This document shows positions 12,607 through 25,000 of a stretch of DNA of 59,475 nt, piece by piece. The stretch covers positions 2,294,458 to 2,353,932 of the forward strand of contig BFEA01000040.1 in the NCBI GenBank assembly GCA_003427395.1, read 5' to 3'. The notes below the pieces were generated by a model that saw nothing but the letters and a program-made list of their open reading frames with translations, had not been told where the DNA came from and did no database searches. Numbering within the stretch: the first letter of the stretch is position 1; every line of letters starts with the position of its first letter. Origin of the DNA: Chara braunii (Eukaryota > Plantae > Charophyceae). The position numbers were made by a program, and so were the translations under genes.

Positions 12607-12796
12607 CGATTGATTGATCGATTGATCGATTGATTGATCGATTGATCGATTGATCGATTGATTAAGATTGATTGAGATTGATTGGTTGGTTGGTTGGTTG
12701 ATTAACTGATTCATTCATTCATCGTAGATAGCTTACTTCATCGATTGACAGTTGATTGATTGATTGATTGGATTGATTGGATTGATTGATTGATTG
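12570..12796. repeat. (ATTG)n/(ATTGATCG)n microsatellite
   Basis: Directly visible. Other microsatellites: (ATT)n ~11510-11561, (CT)n 13678-13823, (GA)n/(CT)n flanking the gap at 33034-33598, (GA)n 45860-45922. Confidence 0.9.
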
Positions 12797-13674
12797 GGTA
12801 CATTCGGAGAAATAACAAGTCCCGATCCAATAAATAATATTACCCAAAGCGCCAAACCAAAACATTAGATTTGGATGTCAACAAAAAAAAGGATGTCAGA
12901 ACCCCTTCCAAGAACCCTAAAACCCTACACCAACGAACCCTGACGAATTCGATGTAAAAAAAAAAAAAAAAAGGCAATCTGCTTGCAAACATCAGCCTGC
13001 AGTTTCTTTTAACAGTTCATGCGCGCATCCGGATTCGATCTTGGGTCGATATTTCAACAGTTCATGGGTGAATTTCGACTGAGCTACAGTACGCGCGTTG
13101 GTAGCCTGATTGTTTTTTTCTTTCTTGATTTTTTTTTTTCTTCCCGCAAGTATAGCTAACATCCGTCTGATGGAAAGAGGGACTTTTTCTACTAATCCTT
13201 GCCTTGGACGTGATTGCGGTCAGATTCATCCCGCTCTGGTCGTACTTGCACTCAGATACACGTAGGAAAGTGCTACTGTGAGTGAGTATATGCCCTGATG
13301 TTTTCTTTCCTTTTCCGGAAGAACTAACTGCAAACATCAGCTAAAAGGGAAAGAAATTGCTTTTGCTTTTTGCTTTTTTTTTTCCCCCCAAGCACTGAAA
13401 AAAAAAACACCAGTCTTGACAAATTGGCCGCTACACGAGGAGAACGAACCTGGACAGACGAAATCTTCTTCTTCTTCTTCTTCTTCCTTGAACACTGTCT
13501 CAGAAATCAAAACCACCGTCGACGCTTTTTCTGAGACGCACTAGAACCCTCGATGTTGAGACGCACTAGAACCCTCGATATTTCCGTTCCGTTCTGTTCT
13601 CCCCAACATCAGCCTCCCGCCCAAATCCCATCTTCTTGCACTCTCTCCAGTACACCATCGATATTGTCCCTAAA

Positions 13675-13745
<71 letters not shown>

Positions 13746-13747
13746 NN

Positions 13748-13830
<83 letters not shown>

Positions 13831-13925
13831 TGTACAAACACCTCCAAACAGTAAACGTATATCACATCCCTACATAGATATCAATTAGTTAGTAGATATA
13901 TATATATGCACATATAGATAGATAT

Positions 13926-15332
13926 CTACCTCCTGAACTCCTTCCTTCGTGTGAGTTTAAACATCAACACTGTTTTGCCCGTTTGCCCCCGCTCCTCTCT
14001 ATGACTCACTATGTCATACAATCCTTCATACACGTACATCTCTTTTCCCGTCTCCTCTTTCCTTATTACCCTCACAGGAACTCCCCGCGCCTTACTCTCC
14101 ATCAACGCTTTATTGCGCCTGCTTCTTTCCGGCTGCGAATCACCGACTGCCACGTTGCACTTGGTGGTCCCGCTCGGCGTTTCCCCAGAATAGAAGAGCG
14201 TGTCGCGTTCCTTGTCCGTCCGATCGTCGGCGTATTTCCCGGGCGCATACAAGATAGACACTGCCACGTGTTTTTTTTCGCCGGCGTAGAAAATACCTTT
14301 CGTACTGATCCCCCCCTCGTGATTGCGATGAAGGCCAAGAGCAGACAACTCTACCCTGTCCCCAAATTTACTACCTACACCTATCCCCTCCTTATGCCCC
14401 TCCAAATCGTCTAGCCACAGACTACCCCTCCTAATCACTGTCAAGACCTTCATATCTGGTCGCGTGAGCTCATCAGCTGTCTTGGTACCTAATTCCCGGT
14501 GCTGCTTTATCTTCTCCGCTACAGCTACCTTCAACCAATGATAACATAGATGTGCTTTCACTACCTCGTCCTCCTCCTCCACGTCCTCCTCCTCCTCCTC
14601 CTCCTCCTTCTCCTCCTCCTCCTCCTTCTCCTCCTCCTCCTCCTTCTCGATCTTGATCTTGATCTTCCTGCCATAACAACTACCATAACAAGACGAAACA
14701 ATAGCATCCTCCTCCCTTCTCCCTCTCTCTTTCTCTCTCCCTCTCTCTTTGTCCCCCCCTCTGTCTCCCTTTCTCCCCTCCCATTGGTCATCCTTCTCGA
14801 TAGTGCAACACCACGTGGTTCGGTATCCAACGGCCCATGATCTCAGTTGCTTAAGGCTCAAGCCTGGCCATGTCACGAAGAGTTCCTCAGCCCTCTTCCT
14901 CTCGTCTCCCTCTCCCTCTCCCTCTCCCTCTCCCTCCTCCTCTCCTTCAGCGTCATTCCTCCTCCTCTTCTTATCCGTAATCTCTCCTTCCACTCCAGCT
15001 CTCCATCGCTGCTGCTGCTCCTGCTGCTGCTGCTGCTGGGGAATCGACCTTCGCCTCAAGTCTGGCGATGGCTGTCCGTCGGCAGACCGAGCAGGAGGAG
15101 GAGGAAGAAGACGACGACGTGGAGGAGGAGGAGGAGTAGGAGGAGGGTTGATCTTTTTCCTTCCTTTTGTCTTCGCATTGGCCAACTGTTGCAGAGCTTC
15201 GTCATCAGACATTATTTTCACTTGACGTCTCTGAAAATGCGAGTCATACTTGCTCCCTTTCCACATTTCGCTCTCCGACGTACCGACCGGCTTTCGTTCG
15301 ACTGAGTTCTTCGCCCTCTGAAGAGGCAGCAT
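13926..15332 (-). CDS. Intronless SRA/YDG-domain protein (SUVH-like methyl-DNA reader, no SET domain), 468 aa
   Basis: Open frame from an ATG in AAAATG context. C-terminal GIGVGSKFGDRVELSALGLHRNHEGGI...AVSIL...GKYADD...LFYSGE...NKALMES...PVRVIR...YVYEGLYDI...FKLTR is a recognisable SRA domain, preceded by an SUVH-type RPDMK helix. The N-terminal half is low complexity (poly-P/Q/E). Confidence 0.85.
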   Translation of the reverse strand: MLPLQRAKNSVERKPVGTSESEMWKGSKYDSHFQRRQVKIMSDDEALQQLANAKTKGRKKINPPPTPPPPPRRRLLPPPPARSADGQPSPDLRRRSIPQQQQQQEQQQRWRAGVEGEITDKKRRRNDAEGEEEGEGEGEGEGDERKRAEELFVTWPGLSLKQLRSWAVGYRTTWCCTIEKDDQWEGRKGDRGGDKERGREKERGRREEDAIVSSCYGSCYGRKIKIKIEKEEEEEKEEEEEKEEEEEEEDVEEEDEVVKAHLCYHWLKVAVAEKIKQHRELGTKTADELTRPDMKVLTVIRRGSLWLDDLEGHKEGIGVGSKFGDRVELSALGLHRNHEGGISTKGIFYAGEKKHVAVSILYAPGKYADDRTDKERDTLFYSGETPSGTTKCNVAVGDSQPERSRRNKALMESKARGVPVRVIRKEETGKEMYVYEGLYDIVSHREERGQTGKTVLMFKLTRRKEFRR

Positions 15333-16399
15333 TTTCCCAGAACCTTCTTACATTCACCGGCATTGATTACACCACATCGCCTAATTGATTACTTAATTAG
15401 CTAATTAATCAAATCAATCATTACTTAATAATAATTAACTACTCATTAACTAGTAATAATAAACTATCTTATATTACTTGATTACTTGATTACCTGCCCC
15501 GGCGCGCAAATCACTTTGCAAGCTGCATCTTTTTCCGTTCATCTGCTGCTCTGCCACTGTGTTAATATTCTGCTGCTGGTCTTCTGGGACTCGACCTCTC
15601 GATCTCCCGATGAATCTTGATTACATAACCTCTCTCTCTCCTCAAGGCGTGTACCATTTTTCAACCCGGTCCACATCACGTCGAGGCTCCTCCACCTTCC
15701 CGCTCTGGCTATGGGCGTCTGCGCTTCTCGCAGTTTTGGCTATGGCTGTCTGCCCATCTTCTTCCCCCCCGCTCTGACCATGGAACGTCCACCCTTCCTC
15801 TACCTCTTGACTATGGATGTCTCCGCTTCCTGCAACTCTGGATATGAAGGATGTCTGCGCTTCTTCAAGCTTTTGGCTATGGATGGCGGCCCTTCTTCCA
15901 GCTCTGGCAGTGTGAATGTCTTACGTATCTTGCACCTTTTGGCTATGGATGCCTACGCTTCACCGGGATCTTCTCCCCGTTGACCTCCATGTCTTTCACG
16001 TCGCCTTTTTATCACACAGAACCAACCACCTCCTCGTCGTCAATCTCTATTCTACCCAGCTTTCCTTCCCTTGGGCTATGCTCTCCTCTCGACCCTCTTC
16101 TTCTCTTTCCTTTTTCCGAAACATCGTCGGTTTCCCTCTTCCCGCTCGTTCATCCTCTCATCATCATCATCATCATCATCATCAAGCAATCCCAACCAGA
16201 CTTGCTCCGCCACGTCGGACGAGATGCCGGCCTACGTGAGAGTGAGGGGGGTTCACTACCAAGAGAGTCCACAAACGCGCCAATGAGCCCACAAAACGCG
16301 CCAATGTGCGCAAAAAACGCGCCAAGTTCTTCAAAATACTCAGGTGATCACTGTGTACTCAGAGACTGGCCTCTACAACACCATGGACTTTTTGTAAAG

Positions 16400-16431
<32 letters not shown>

Positions 16432-17253
16432 CTGTTGCCATTCGTACAAATTTTTATTTTTTTTTCCTCCCTAAAATAGTGTGGAGGGCGGTTTTCGACA
16501 AAAAAAAAACGAAAAAAAGACAGAGGGCTAACGGGCAGGCCAAACGGCTGGGCCAAGGTCCCGCTACCGGTAGTAGCGAAGAGGATTGGATTGAACGGCC
16601 GAATCTGGACACGTTTGTGGAAAGGTGCAGAATATCGAGCTTGAACTGCCTTTACGAATCTCAGCTTGAAACACGTCCAGATTCAGGGGCTTAATCCAAT
16701 CGTCTTTGCTAGTGGGACCTCGGCCCTGGTGAAAAAAAAAGGGGATATAATTATGTCTACCCGCAAATATATACAGGTTCGTTATATGGAAAGGTAGAGC
16801 CCCACAAATATATGGAGCCCGAGATATTAGGAAAAAAAAAAAAAAAAAACTGGCAATGTATCTTTCGATGCCCTAGGGGAAGATTCAGAACGTACTCAAC
16901 TAGCCCTTTCCGGGTCGTATCTGGCGGCAATTCCACGGATGAATATGACCGCAATTGCGACCAGAGCTGAGTAGAAAAAGTCGTTAGCGTGAGTATGCCC
17001 TCTGTCTCATTTTCCACATTTGGACAGTAGTGGAGAGAAGCGGCTCGGTTCGTCCTGTTCAGGGGCGTGGTCCCACTAGCAAAGTGGTTTGGATTGAATT
17101 CCTGAATCCGGACGTGTTTTGCGCAGAGATGCAGAAAAGCAGATTAATCGCAACTTTCTTAATATCTCCGCAAATTCGTCCAGATTCTGCCATTAAATCA
17201 TTTCTTCTCTGCTGATGGGATCAGGCCCCAGATCTGTGGACGGTTTGACGCGC

Positions 17254-17620
17254 TTTTTTTTTTTTTTTTTTTTTTTNNNNNNNNNNTTTTTTTTTTTGAG
17301 AAGTTGTCACTTTATTTCAAAAACAGTGGACGAGGCCGGGGACCTCACAATTCAACCCGGAAGAAACAAGTCACCATGCTGAAAACCGGGTCCAGCGTCC
17401 CAAAGCCTCCCCAAAAAATACTACTTCTGAAAACTCCAACTTGTAGCTCAGAAAAAAAGGTGACCGAGGAGAAAGCTATATCAATTCCCATCCTTCGGCC
17501 TGTACTACTCAATCCTGTGCTGGGGTCCGAGACCAGCATCCCGCTATATCGCGCTTTAACCCAGCTCGTCTGCTTGTGCCTGGGCCTAACAGCCATAGGT
17601 CCATCTCGTTACAACCTACA
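17254..17620 (-). mobile_element. LINE 3' UTR fragment
   Basis: T-run followed by the shared tail motifs GAGGCCGGGGACCTCACAATTCAACCCGG and AACCGGGTCCAGCGTCCC. Confidence 0.65.
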
Positions 17621-17916
17621 CCTTCTTCCCCCGAATACAACGTACGGTCATTTAATAACTGTACTGTATTTAGACTGAATTGTCGCCCAAATACAGCCAT
17701 ACGGTTTCACGTTTTGACCCAGCTTGCCTTGGTGTGGCAGCGAGGTGCATTCAGTCTCACTTGTTGACCCAGGTCGTCTGTTTGTGCCTCGCCCTGTGTT
17801 TGTCTTGTTATGCCAGGCCCGTTTTTCTTTCCAGACCCTGTTGCTGAGACAGCACGGGAGGGCCTGGACTTAGGTAGGGACCCAGGTCAGTCGGTTTTTT
17901 TTTTGGCGGGGGGGGG

Positions 17917-19465
17917 GGTCGAAATTGTTGAAATACCCCTAAAAGTTGGGGTCTTTGGTTAGATACCCCTAAAACACAGTGGTAACGCTGAAATGCCCCA
18001 AACTTCTGCATCTGCCACTGCCACGGTCATTGCCAATTGTTAGACCACGCCCTGTGTGGTTGCACAGCCTGGGGCGTGGGGGCAGAGGTTGTGGACGCGG
18101 GAGCAATTGCGTGCGGCAAAAGTGCCGTCACACAACATTGGCTGGCTGAAGTGGTTGGCCCTTTTTCTTTCCAGGCTGGGAGGCTAAGTTGTGAAAGTAA
18201 CCTATACAGCATTCTTTGGAGCCCCGCGGAGGTTGGGTGGCACTTGACCACAAAGGCAGGCGGTGCCAGCAAAAAGAAAACAAACCCCCNGCGTGGTCGC
18301 TTTGGCCTCCCATCTATCTATCGATAATAGGCTAANAGCGTCTAGTCTGAGTATTACCCAAGAGATAGATCACTGGATCCCCCGNTCGGCATCAAGCAGA
18401 GTCTGCTATGTTCGTAGGGGAGGGGACCTGAGGGGAGGCACGGGGGATTGGTCCGCTTTATCCCTCGTGCTACCGGCCGTCCCCTGGCCGGTACCCTGCA
18501 GGCTCAAGGGACCGTAAAAACACGGCTCTGGTATGCTACGGGTTTCCCCATATGCCTACAAGTAGGAGTAGTGGTAGGTAGGTATAGGTAGTGTGAGGAA
18601 AAATTGAGAGAAGAGTATAGTTTAAAAAAAAAAAAAAAGGAAAAAAAAAAAAAAAAAAAAAAGAGAAACGTCCAATGAATCGTCGTTGGTTTCTCAGCTC
18701 TGTCGTAGGGCCTCGCTCCACTACTTCTGAAATGTGCACAACGAAAACGAATCTTCCCTTAGAACATGGAAAGATACACCGGCGTTTGTTTTGTCTTTTG
18801 TGCATCTCGAGAGCAGTGGAGCGAGGCACAAAAGACAAAAGAAAAAAACGGCCTCTCCACATGCACAGAACACAAAAATATGGCAATGTATCTTTCCATG
18901 TTCTAGAGGTGGATTCGGCCTCATTTTGCACATGTAGTCCTTTTACCCAAACGAGAAACGGACACACATGCGGACGCCGACCAAGGTAGTTACCTCAACG
19001 ACCTCCCCAACCCGGCACCGGTCGTTGAGCCTCTAAGCTCTGAGACGACCGATCGGCCTACCGGTCGTTTTAACGTTGCCGACCGCACCCTTCCAGCACC
19101 CCTGTTGACGCCCTATAGACCCCAGTTAACGGTTGTCGACTTTCCCGAAAGAGAAAGTTTTTGCTACACAACAAAAGGCGACAGGGTAAGGCCCAGCCTA
19201 TGGCTGCAAACTTCGGCCCTGGGCTGCAGGGGCCATTGCATTTCTTTTGCAATCGGCAGGGGTCCAAAGGCCTAAAATACTGGGGCATATAGACGAGTTG
19301 CCCAGGGCCCGGTAGGGGTATACTCAAAAGATGACAGGTCCAATTGGCGATTAGGGTGCTTCGAAAAGTTTCACTACTGTCATAGGGGCATTTCAGCATA
19401 CTCATGCCTTTGAGGGGTATCCAACGAATTTCCCAAACTTTCAGGGGCATTTCAACAATTGTCCC
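17917..19465. mobile_element. Non-autonomous MULE-like element with nested insertions
   Basis: ~85 bp imperfect TIRs: GAAATTGTTGAAATACCCCT...GCTGAAATGCCCC (17921-18000) versus GGGGCATTTCAGC...AGGGGCATTTCAACAATTGTCCC (19385-19465). TSD obscured by G/C runs. Confidence 0.65.
18708..18830. mobile_element. Harbinger-like MITE family M3 (TIR GGGCCTCGCTCCACTAC)
   Basis: Internal TAGAACATGGAAAGATAC motif. Related copies at 50159-50282, 50349-51144 (composite) and 57734-57868; fragments near 7105 and 7850. Confidence 0.65.
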
Positions 19466-19669
19466 TTCCCCCCCCCCCTCCAAACAAACAAGTAGCTCAA
19501 ATTGCAATTGCAAAACACAATCCAGTCGCCTAGCTCGGTTGGTTAGGCACGCAAGTGGCTTTCAGGAGATCGAGGGTTCAATTCGGACGGCCACCTGGTG
19601 CCAACCAACTAAGATAGTCAGCTGGATCCTCCCAGCTAGTATTTCTAGGGTCTTCAGCCAACGCGGGTG

Positions 19670-19813
19670 TTCCCGTGGTGTGACGGGCAGTGTGTACAAG
19701 GCCTGAGTACATATTCACCGCGGCATGCTTATCTGCGATTACTAGCGATGCCGACTTCAAAGAACAATCCGAACTGAGGCAATGTTTCAGGATTCGCTTC
19801 GCCTTGCTTCCTA
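19670..19813 (-). pseudogene. Organellar (plant-mitochondrial-type) SSU rRNA 3'-region fragment
   Basis: Plus strand TGACGGGCAGTGTGTACAAGGCC...ATTCACCGCGGCATGCT.ATC.GCGATTACTAGCGAT...AACAATCCGAACTGAGGCAAT is the reverse complement of the conserved SSU 1392R region and the helices upstream of it. GTACATATTCACC and GAGGCAAT resemble plant mitochondrial 18S, from memory. Confidence 0.8.
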
Positions 19814-19992
19814 TGAGCGCAAGTGTGAGTGGGTTGTTTGTGGTGTGTGAGAGAGTGTTGGTTGTAGACACTGTTGTTACTCGATATGGGTGGGGGAAGA
19901 TGAAAAGGGAGGCGCAATCAACTGGCAAATGCTTGGTCCTTCTGTTATCTGTGCCCCCACCGGCGGCTCCAATCCTGCACCCTAAACCACTA

Positions 19993-20104
19993 CCGTCATC
20001 ACCCAAATACAACGGACGGTCATTATAGCTGTATTTGGGGCATCTTCGAGTCTAGATGCAGCAATAATGGGCGTACGCCGTACGTTATATTCGGGTGAAG
20101 ATGG
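19993..20104. mobile_element. Tc1/mariner (pogo/Tc2-like) MITE family M2, TA TSD
   Basis: TA|CCGTCATCACCCAAATACAACG...ATTCGGGTGAAGATGG|TA. Other copies: 34773-34879, 46459-46562, 48611-48715, 58011-58115; partial at 17621-17703. Confidence 0.8.
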
Positions 20105-21207
20105 TAGGGCAAGAGGCAAACATGCAATTACCTCCCTCCACCGACAGAGGTAGCCTCCCTTCACTGAAGAGAGGTAGATAGCTATGCTTGCAGGGGTCCC
20201 TGTATAGCCTTAGGTGCAATGGCAGGTAGGTAGTGAGAGACGGGAAGAAAACAATGTTCCATGACATGGCAGAAGCTAGTTAAAAAATGTTTAGTTGTCC
20301 CCTATGACAAGACGACACTTTCTCAACAAAAAAAAGGCAAATTCAGAACATATAATGGAGGTCGAGGGAGGACTCTAAGTAAGGTGGGCCGACGCGGGAG
20401 TGCAACCGGCTGCGTGCCGAAGTGGCGGGAGGGGGGTGATGCATGAGCGCTATTGGTTGCGCTATTCTTGGCATGACATGCACCATTGGACCAAGAACTT
20501 CGTTTTCTTCGGGGATCAGGGCAATAGCCCAAGAAGTAGGATAGCGAACAAATCCAAAATTGTTGGTTTCTGGGTCCTCTGGTTGGGCCGTGGGGATCGC
20601 AGATTTTCTGGGTCCTCCAGGTCAATCTCAAGAATCCGGAACGATTAAAAGTTATCAATTAGAAACATGATTCTGGCTGAATATAGAAAGAAAAAAATAG
20701 GCGACCCCTTGTTAAATCTAGCTCAGACCTCTTTACAGAAGGTTTGGCACTCCGAGCTCAAGTGAGCCTCTTTATCAGAAAACAGTCGGACAATTTTCTC
20801 TCGTTATCTGTGGGATGAAAAGGAGGATTTGATTCTTCCGCAAAATCCTCAGGCAGTGTTTATTTGACTATATTCATGTTAAGCAAGGGACGCTGGACCT
20901 GTTTTCCATGAGATGCAGCTCCCCGCCAATAGAATGGAGTAATAAAAGAGTGAGTCTTCATGAGGTTGGTGCTCTCCAAAGGAAGGTCCACCTAGTTTTC
21001 AAAAAAAAAAGGAAAAAAAAAAAACGAGTCTTCAGGAGGTTAGTGCTCTTACCACCACCCTCCAGAGGAAGCAGGTCCACCCGATTTAAAAAAAATAAAA
21101 AATTGTTTTGTTTAGTTTTCTGCATAACATAGTTTTCTTTAAGAATTTTTATAGGCTACCGGAGTGGCTTGGGTCCATTTGCCCAACCGGGCCAAAATAA
21201 ATAAATG

Positions 21208-21400
21208 AGGTAACTTCAGTAGAGTCACAAAAACGAGTTATAATTGCACTATGGGGTAAGATACGGTTTGCAATTATAGTTCGGGCACCCTACCTGACCA
21301 GAAAGTTGGGTTGTATACATTGCCCGAACTGCAATTCGAAACTGTATTTTGGCCCATAATGCATTTATAACTCATTTTTGCGACTCCCGCGTAGTTTTCC
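21208..21400. mobile_element. ~190 bp hairpin MITE
   Basis: GAGTCACAAAAACGAGTTATAATTGCACTATGGG...AGTTCGGGCA is inverted as TGCCCGAACT...CCCATAATGCATTTATAACTCATTTTTGCGACTC. Confidence 0.7.
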
Positions 21401-21439
21401 TTAAACAAAAATGGTAAAGATACTAAAGAATCTAAATAT

Positions 21440-22720
21440 TTTTTTATTTTATTTATTAAAAAAAAATACTAATAATTTATAACAAGTCAGGAATCGGACC
21501 CAGCGTCCCTCACAAAGTTCACCTCAGCACACAGAGTAAGCAAGGCTCGCTGACCAAAAAAAGTCAGGGCTACAACTATGTCACAAAGCAACCCCTTCTT
21601 CTCATTTTCAATTCCACTAGTTATACTACCCACTTATCTCAAAATCTTAATATAAAAAAATATATATATATATATATATATATTTATTTCAAAAAAAATG
21701 GGCAATATCTTGGTACGATCCGAGCACTCCGACCAAGTTCATACCGGGGTTGCCATTTCATTATACAAACCGGAAAACAGGTCCAACATCCCTCACATCA
21801 ACAGTAAATTTTGGTAAAAAATCGACATCGAAGCAGACACAACACAATTAAGTAGTGATGCGTAGTGAAGGCTAAGACCAATGCGGAGCCTAAAACTCAG
21901 GCCGCAGAAGCAAGGTTGTATAACCAGTCTTTACCACCCAAATATGTACAGACACCTAAAATCAAGACGACCCAAGCGTACAGAGCAACTACCGAACATC
22001 ATTTACCAAGTAACAAACACGGATAACGAAGTCAAACCACAACAAAAACGAAACTTGACACTTAGGTCAACAAGAGGTAAAAACCAATTAAATGACCAAC
22101 TAGACAACATACAACACCAACACAACACGAAGCACAAACAATGACTACAAAACAATAACAATCCCAGATCGAAAGACTTCACAGGGAAAACGCAGAGAAT
22201 TTCAACTCCGGTCGACCATGCAGCGGTCAAGATTTTGAAACCGTAAGCAGCCCCAAAAACAGTTTCTAGCAAGCAGAAAAAAAGTCTAACAGCCTTAGAC
22301 TAGTACCCTCTACGCTGCACCTTGAGCATCCAGTCTGTAAGAATAGCCGACTTAATCTCATATTTAACCTTCGTCCTCACCATAGGCAGGGTGAACCGCT
22401 CCGCACGTCTAACCACCGTGTTTCAAAAAATACAGAGTATCCACAAAATCGTCCCTCTCAGTATCTCCTCTGTCCGGCCAAGAGGTGGCAAAGTGTAAGT
22501 TCTTGAGTCTGCAAAACCTAACAAAATAAAAAGTTTGTTCAATGTTCCACACGAAAAGAAAGCGGGGCAAAAGTTATCCACCATTACCAAAACTGATATG
22601 AAAGGTCACAGTGCAGGTAAAATTGTTGCAAATCTTCCACTTTGGTTCTAGGGCAGATTACACATAGAACAATCACTTCGTGAAAAATACATATTTCGTA
22701 AAAACTGGACTCGATTCTAA
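21440..22720 (-). pseudogene. Degenerate LINE 3' end (ORF2 C-terminal zinc-finger region and UTR)
   Basis: Minus-strand translation near 22440-22670 gives LCVICPRTKVEDLQQFYLHCD...EEILRGTILW. Tail segment 21480-21556 matches 25162-25240. Confidence 0.55.
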
Positions 22721-22989
22721 AACTTTACGAGTGTTATTTATTTAAGTAGTTTTTAATGCTCTCGCACAAGACATGCATTGGTCAACGTCAAAAAAAAAAA
22801 AAAAAAAAAAAAAACTCATAAAACAATGAAACAAATCCAGCAAAAGAAAATGAGAAATATACCATTCACATTACACCGAGGCTTTTGATTGTTGCATAAA
22901 AATATATATATATATATATATTTTTCCCACTCTCTGCACTTCCCGCCCTCCCCGCCAATTCCCCCCCTCCACCCTCAGCCATCGCCCCT

Positions 22990-25000
22990 CGCGCTTCTCC
23001 ATTACGTAATCAATTCGATTGTGCAATGAGTCAAATGCACAATCCAATCAATCACGTCGTGCAAGGGGGGGGGGGGGGGACCGAAAAAATACATGTTGTG
23101 CAGCATCTCCAAACAAAAAACAGTTCTTTGAACACCATCATAAAAATTTTATTCAAAACATGGTAATAACATAAAAACGAAAAACAAATAACCTAGATAA
23201 ACAAACATCTTATCCACTATTCACGTTGTTGTTTTTTATTTTATATTTTTTTTTTCACGTTTTGGATAAGAATTATGTCATGGTGCTCATGCAAATGTTC
23301 CTCGTACAGAGATGTTGCACAACATAATTGGTTTTCAAAATTTTTAGTTTTTTTTTTTTTTCCCCTTTTCCGACCCGAACGACACGATTATGAAATTGAT
23401 TCGATTACACAATCGAATCAATTTCAGAATCACATTGCGAGGATTAAAAACAGAAAACAAAAACACTATCTAAAAAATCTAAAAAACATATATGTTGTGC
23501 AACATCTCCATACAAGAAGTAGTTCCTTAAGCACCATCATAAAATTCTTATGAAAAATGTGAAACAAAAATAAACCACATGAATAGGGCATTATATATTT
23601 TTCGTTTTTCCATGTTTTGAATGCGAATCTCGTTTTGATGCTAAGGCATATGTTTCTTGTACGAAGATGCTGCACAATATATATTCGTTTTAGATTTTTA
23701 GGAGTTTTTTTTTTTTTCCCTTTTTTTTCCTGCTCGCACGACACGATGATGAAATTGAATCGATTGCATAATCGATTCAATCTCGAAATCACATCGCAAA
23801 GGCAACTGGAAGGGTCAGTCAGTAGCAGAAGGGGGAGCGCCGGAGAGGGGAAGTGGATGAGGGGCGGGGNAGGGGGGAGCAACCTAGTAGNGGAGNGGAN
23901 GNGGGTAGNGGGGAGCAACGAAGGGGGGAATAGTGGAGGGGGAAGGAGCGGAGGAGGGGAGGGGGGAAGTGGTGGAAAAGGGGATCGGACGAGGGAAGTG
24001 AAGGAGCGCAGAAGGGGAGCAGAGGAAGGGAGGGGGGAAGGGGGAGTGGCACAAAGGGGAGCAACGGAGAGAACATCGCCGGAGAGGGAGGGTTTTGGAG
24101 GAGAGGGGAGGAGCGGCGGAGGGGGGAGCAGCGGCGGAGGGGGTGAAGTGATGGAAGGGAAGAAGCGGCGGAGGGGGGAGGAGCGGTGAAAGGGGAGGGG
24201 CAGAGGAGGGGCTCCCACTTTCCGCGTTTCGCTCCCCCGCTCCCCTCTCTAGCGCTCCCCCCTCCGCTGCCCTGTCCTCTCCTTATGTTCCCCCTTCCGC
24301 CGCTCCAACATCCCCCAGTTCCCCCCTCCGTGACTTTCCCCTCCCCTCCTCCTTCTTTCATATGATCCCACCCTCAACCGCTCCCCCCTCCTCCCTCCCC
24401 TCCCGCTCTTCCCTTCTTCGCCACTCCCCCCTTTGGCGCTCCCTTCCGTTGCGCCTCCCCCCCCCTCATACGCGATTGATTGATTGATTGCTTAGTCCCG
24501 CTCGGCAGCCTCCATGACGAGATTCCGTAATCGAACCGAAATAGATTACGTAATCGCTTCGATTTTGAAATTCGGTCGCAGAGGCAACTGAGCGGGACTA
24601 ATCAATCAATCAATTAATCACGTCTANNNNNNNNNNNNNNNNNNNNNNNNNNNNNNNNNNNNNNNNNNNNNNNNNNNNNNNNNNNNNNNNNNNNNNNNNN
24701 NNNNNNNNNNNNNNNNNNNNNNNNNNNNNNNNNNNNNNNNNNNGGGGGGAGCGGCAGCGGGTGGGATCAGAGAAGCGGTAGAGCGCGGGAGGGGGAGGCC
24801 ACGGAGGGGGGAGCAACGAAGGGGGGAACAGGGGGGGTTGAAGCGGTGGAGAGGGGGAGCGGAGGAGGGGAGAGGGCAACAACGAAACTGGGAGCAGCGG
24901 AGGGGGTGGCCCTGGAGAGGGGAGCAGGGGGGCGAAACGATGGAAATTGGGAGCCCCTCCACCACTCCTTCCGCTTCCGCCGCTCCTCCCCCCTTCGACA
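22990..25000. repeat. Compound foldback region
   Basis: Alternating inverted AT-rich units at 23000-23800. A C-rich arm (24200-24470) and a G-rich arm (24744-24960) flank a hairpin at 24470-24625. Confidence 0.6.

Larger units (their letters stand above)
19521..20287 (+). mobile_element. tRNA-derived SINE family 1 copy carrying an rRNA insert and a MITE
   Basis: TCCAGTCGCCTAGCTCGGTTGG...GGTTCAATTC head. Body and tail are collinear with 3383-3874. Confidence 0.8.
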
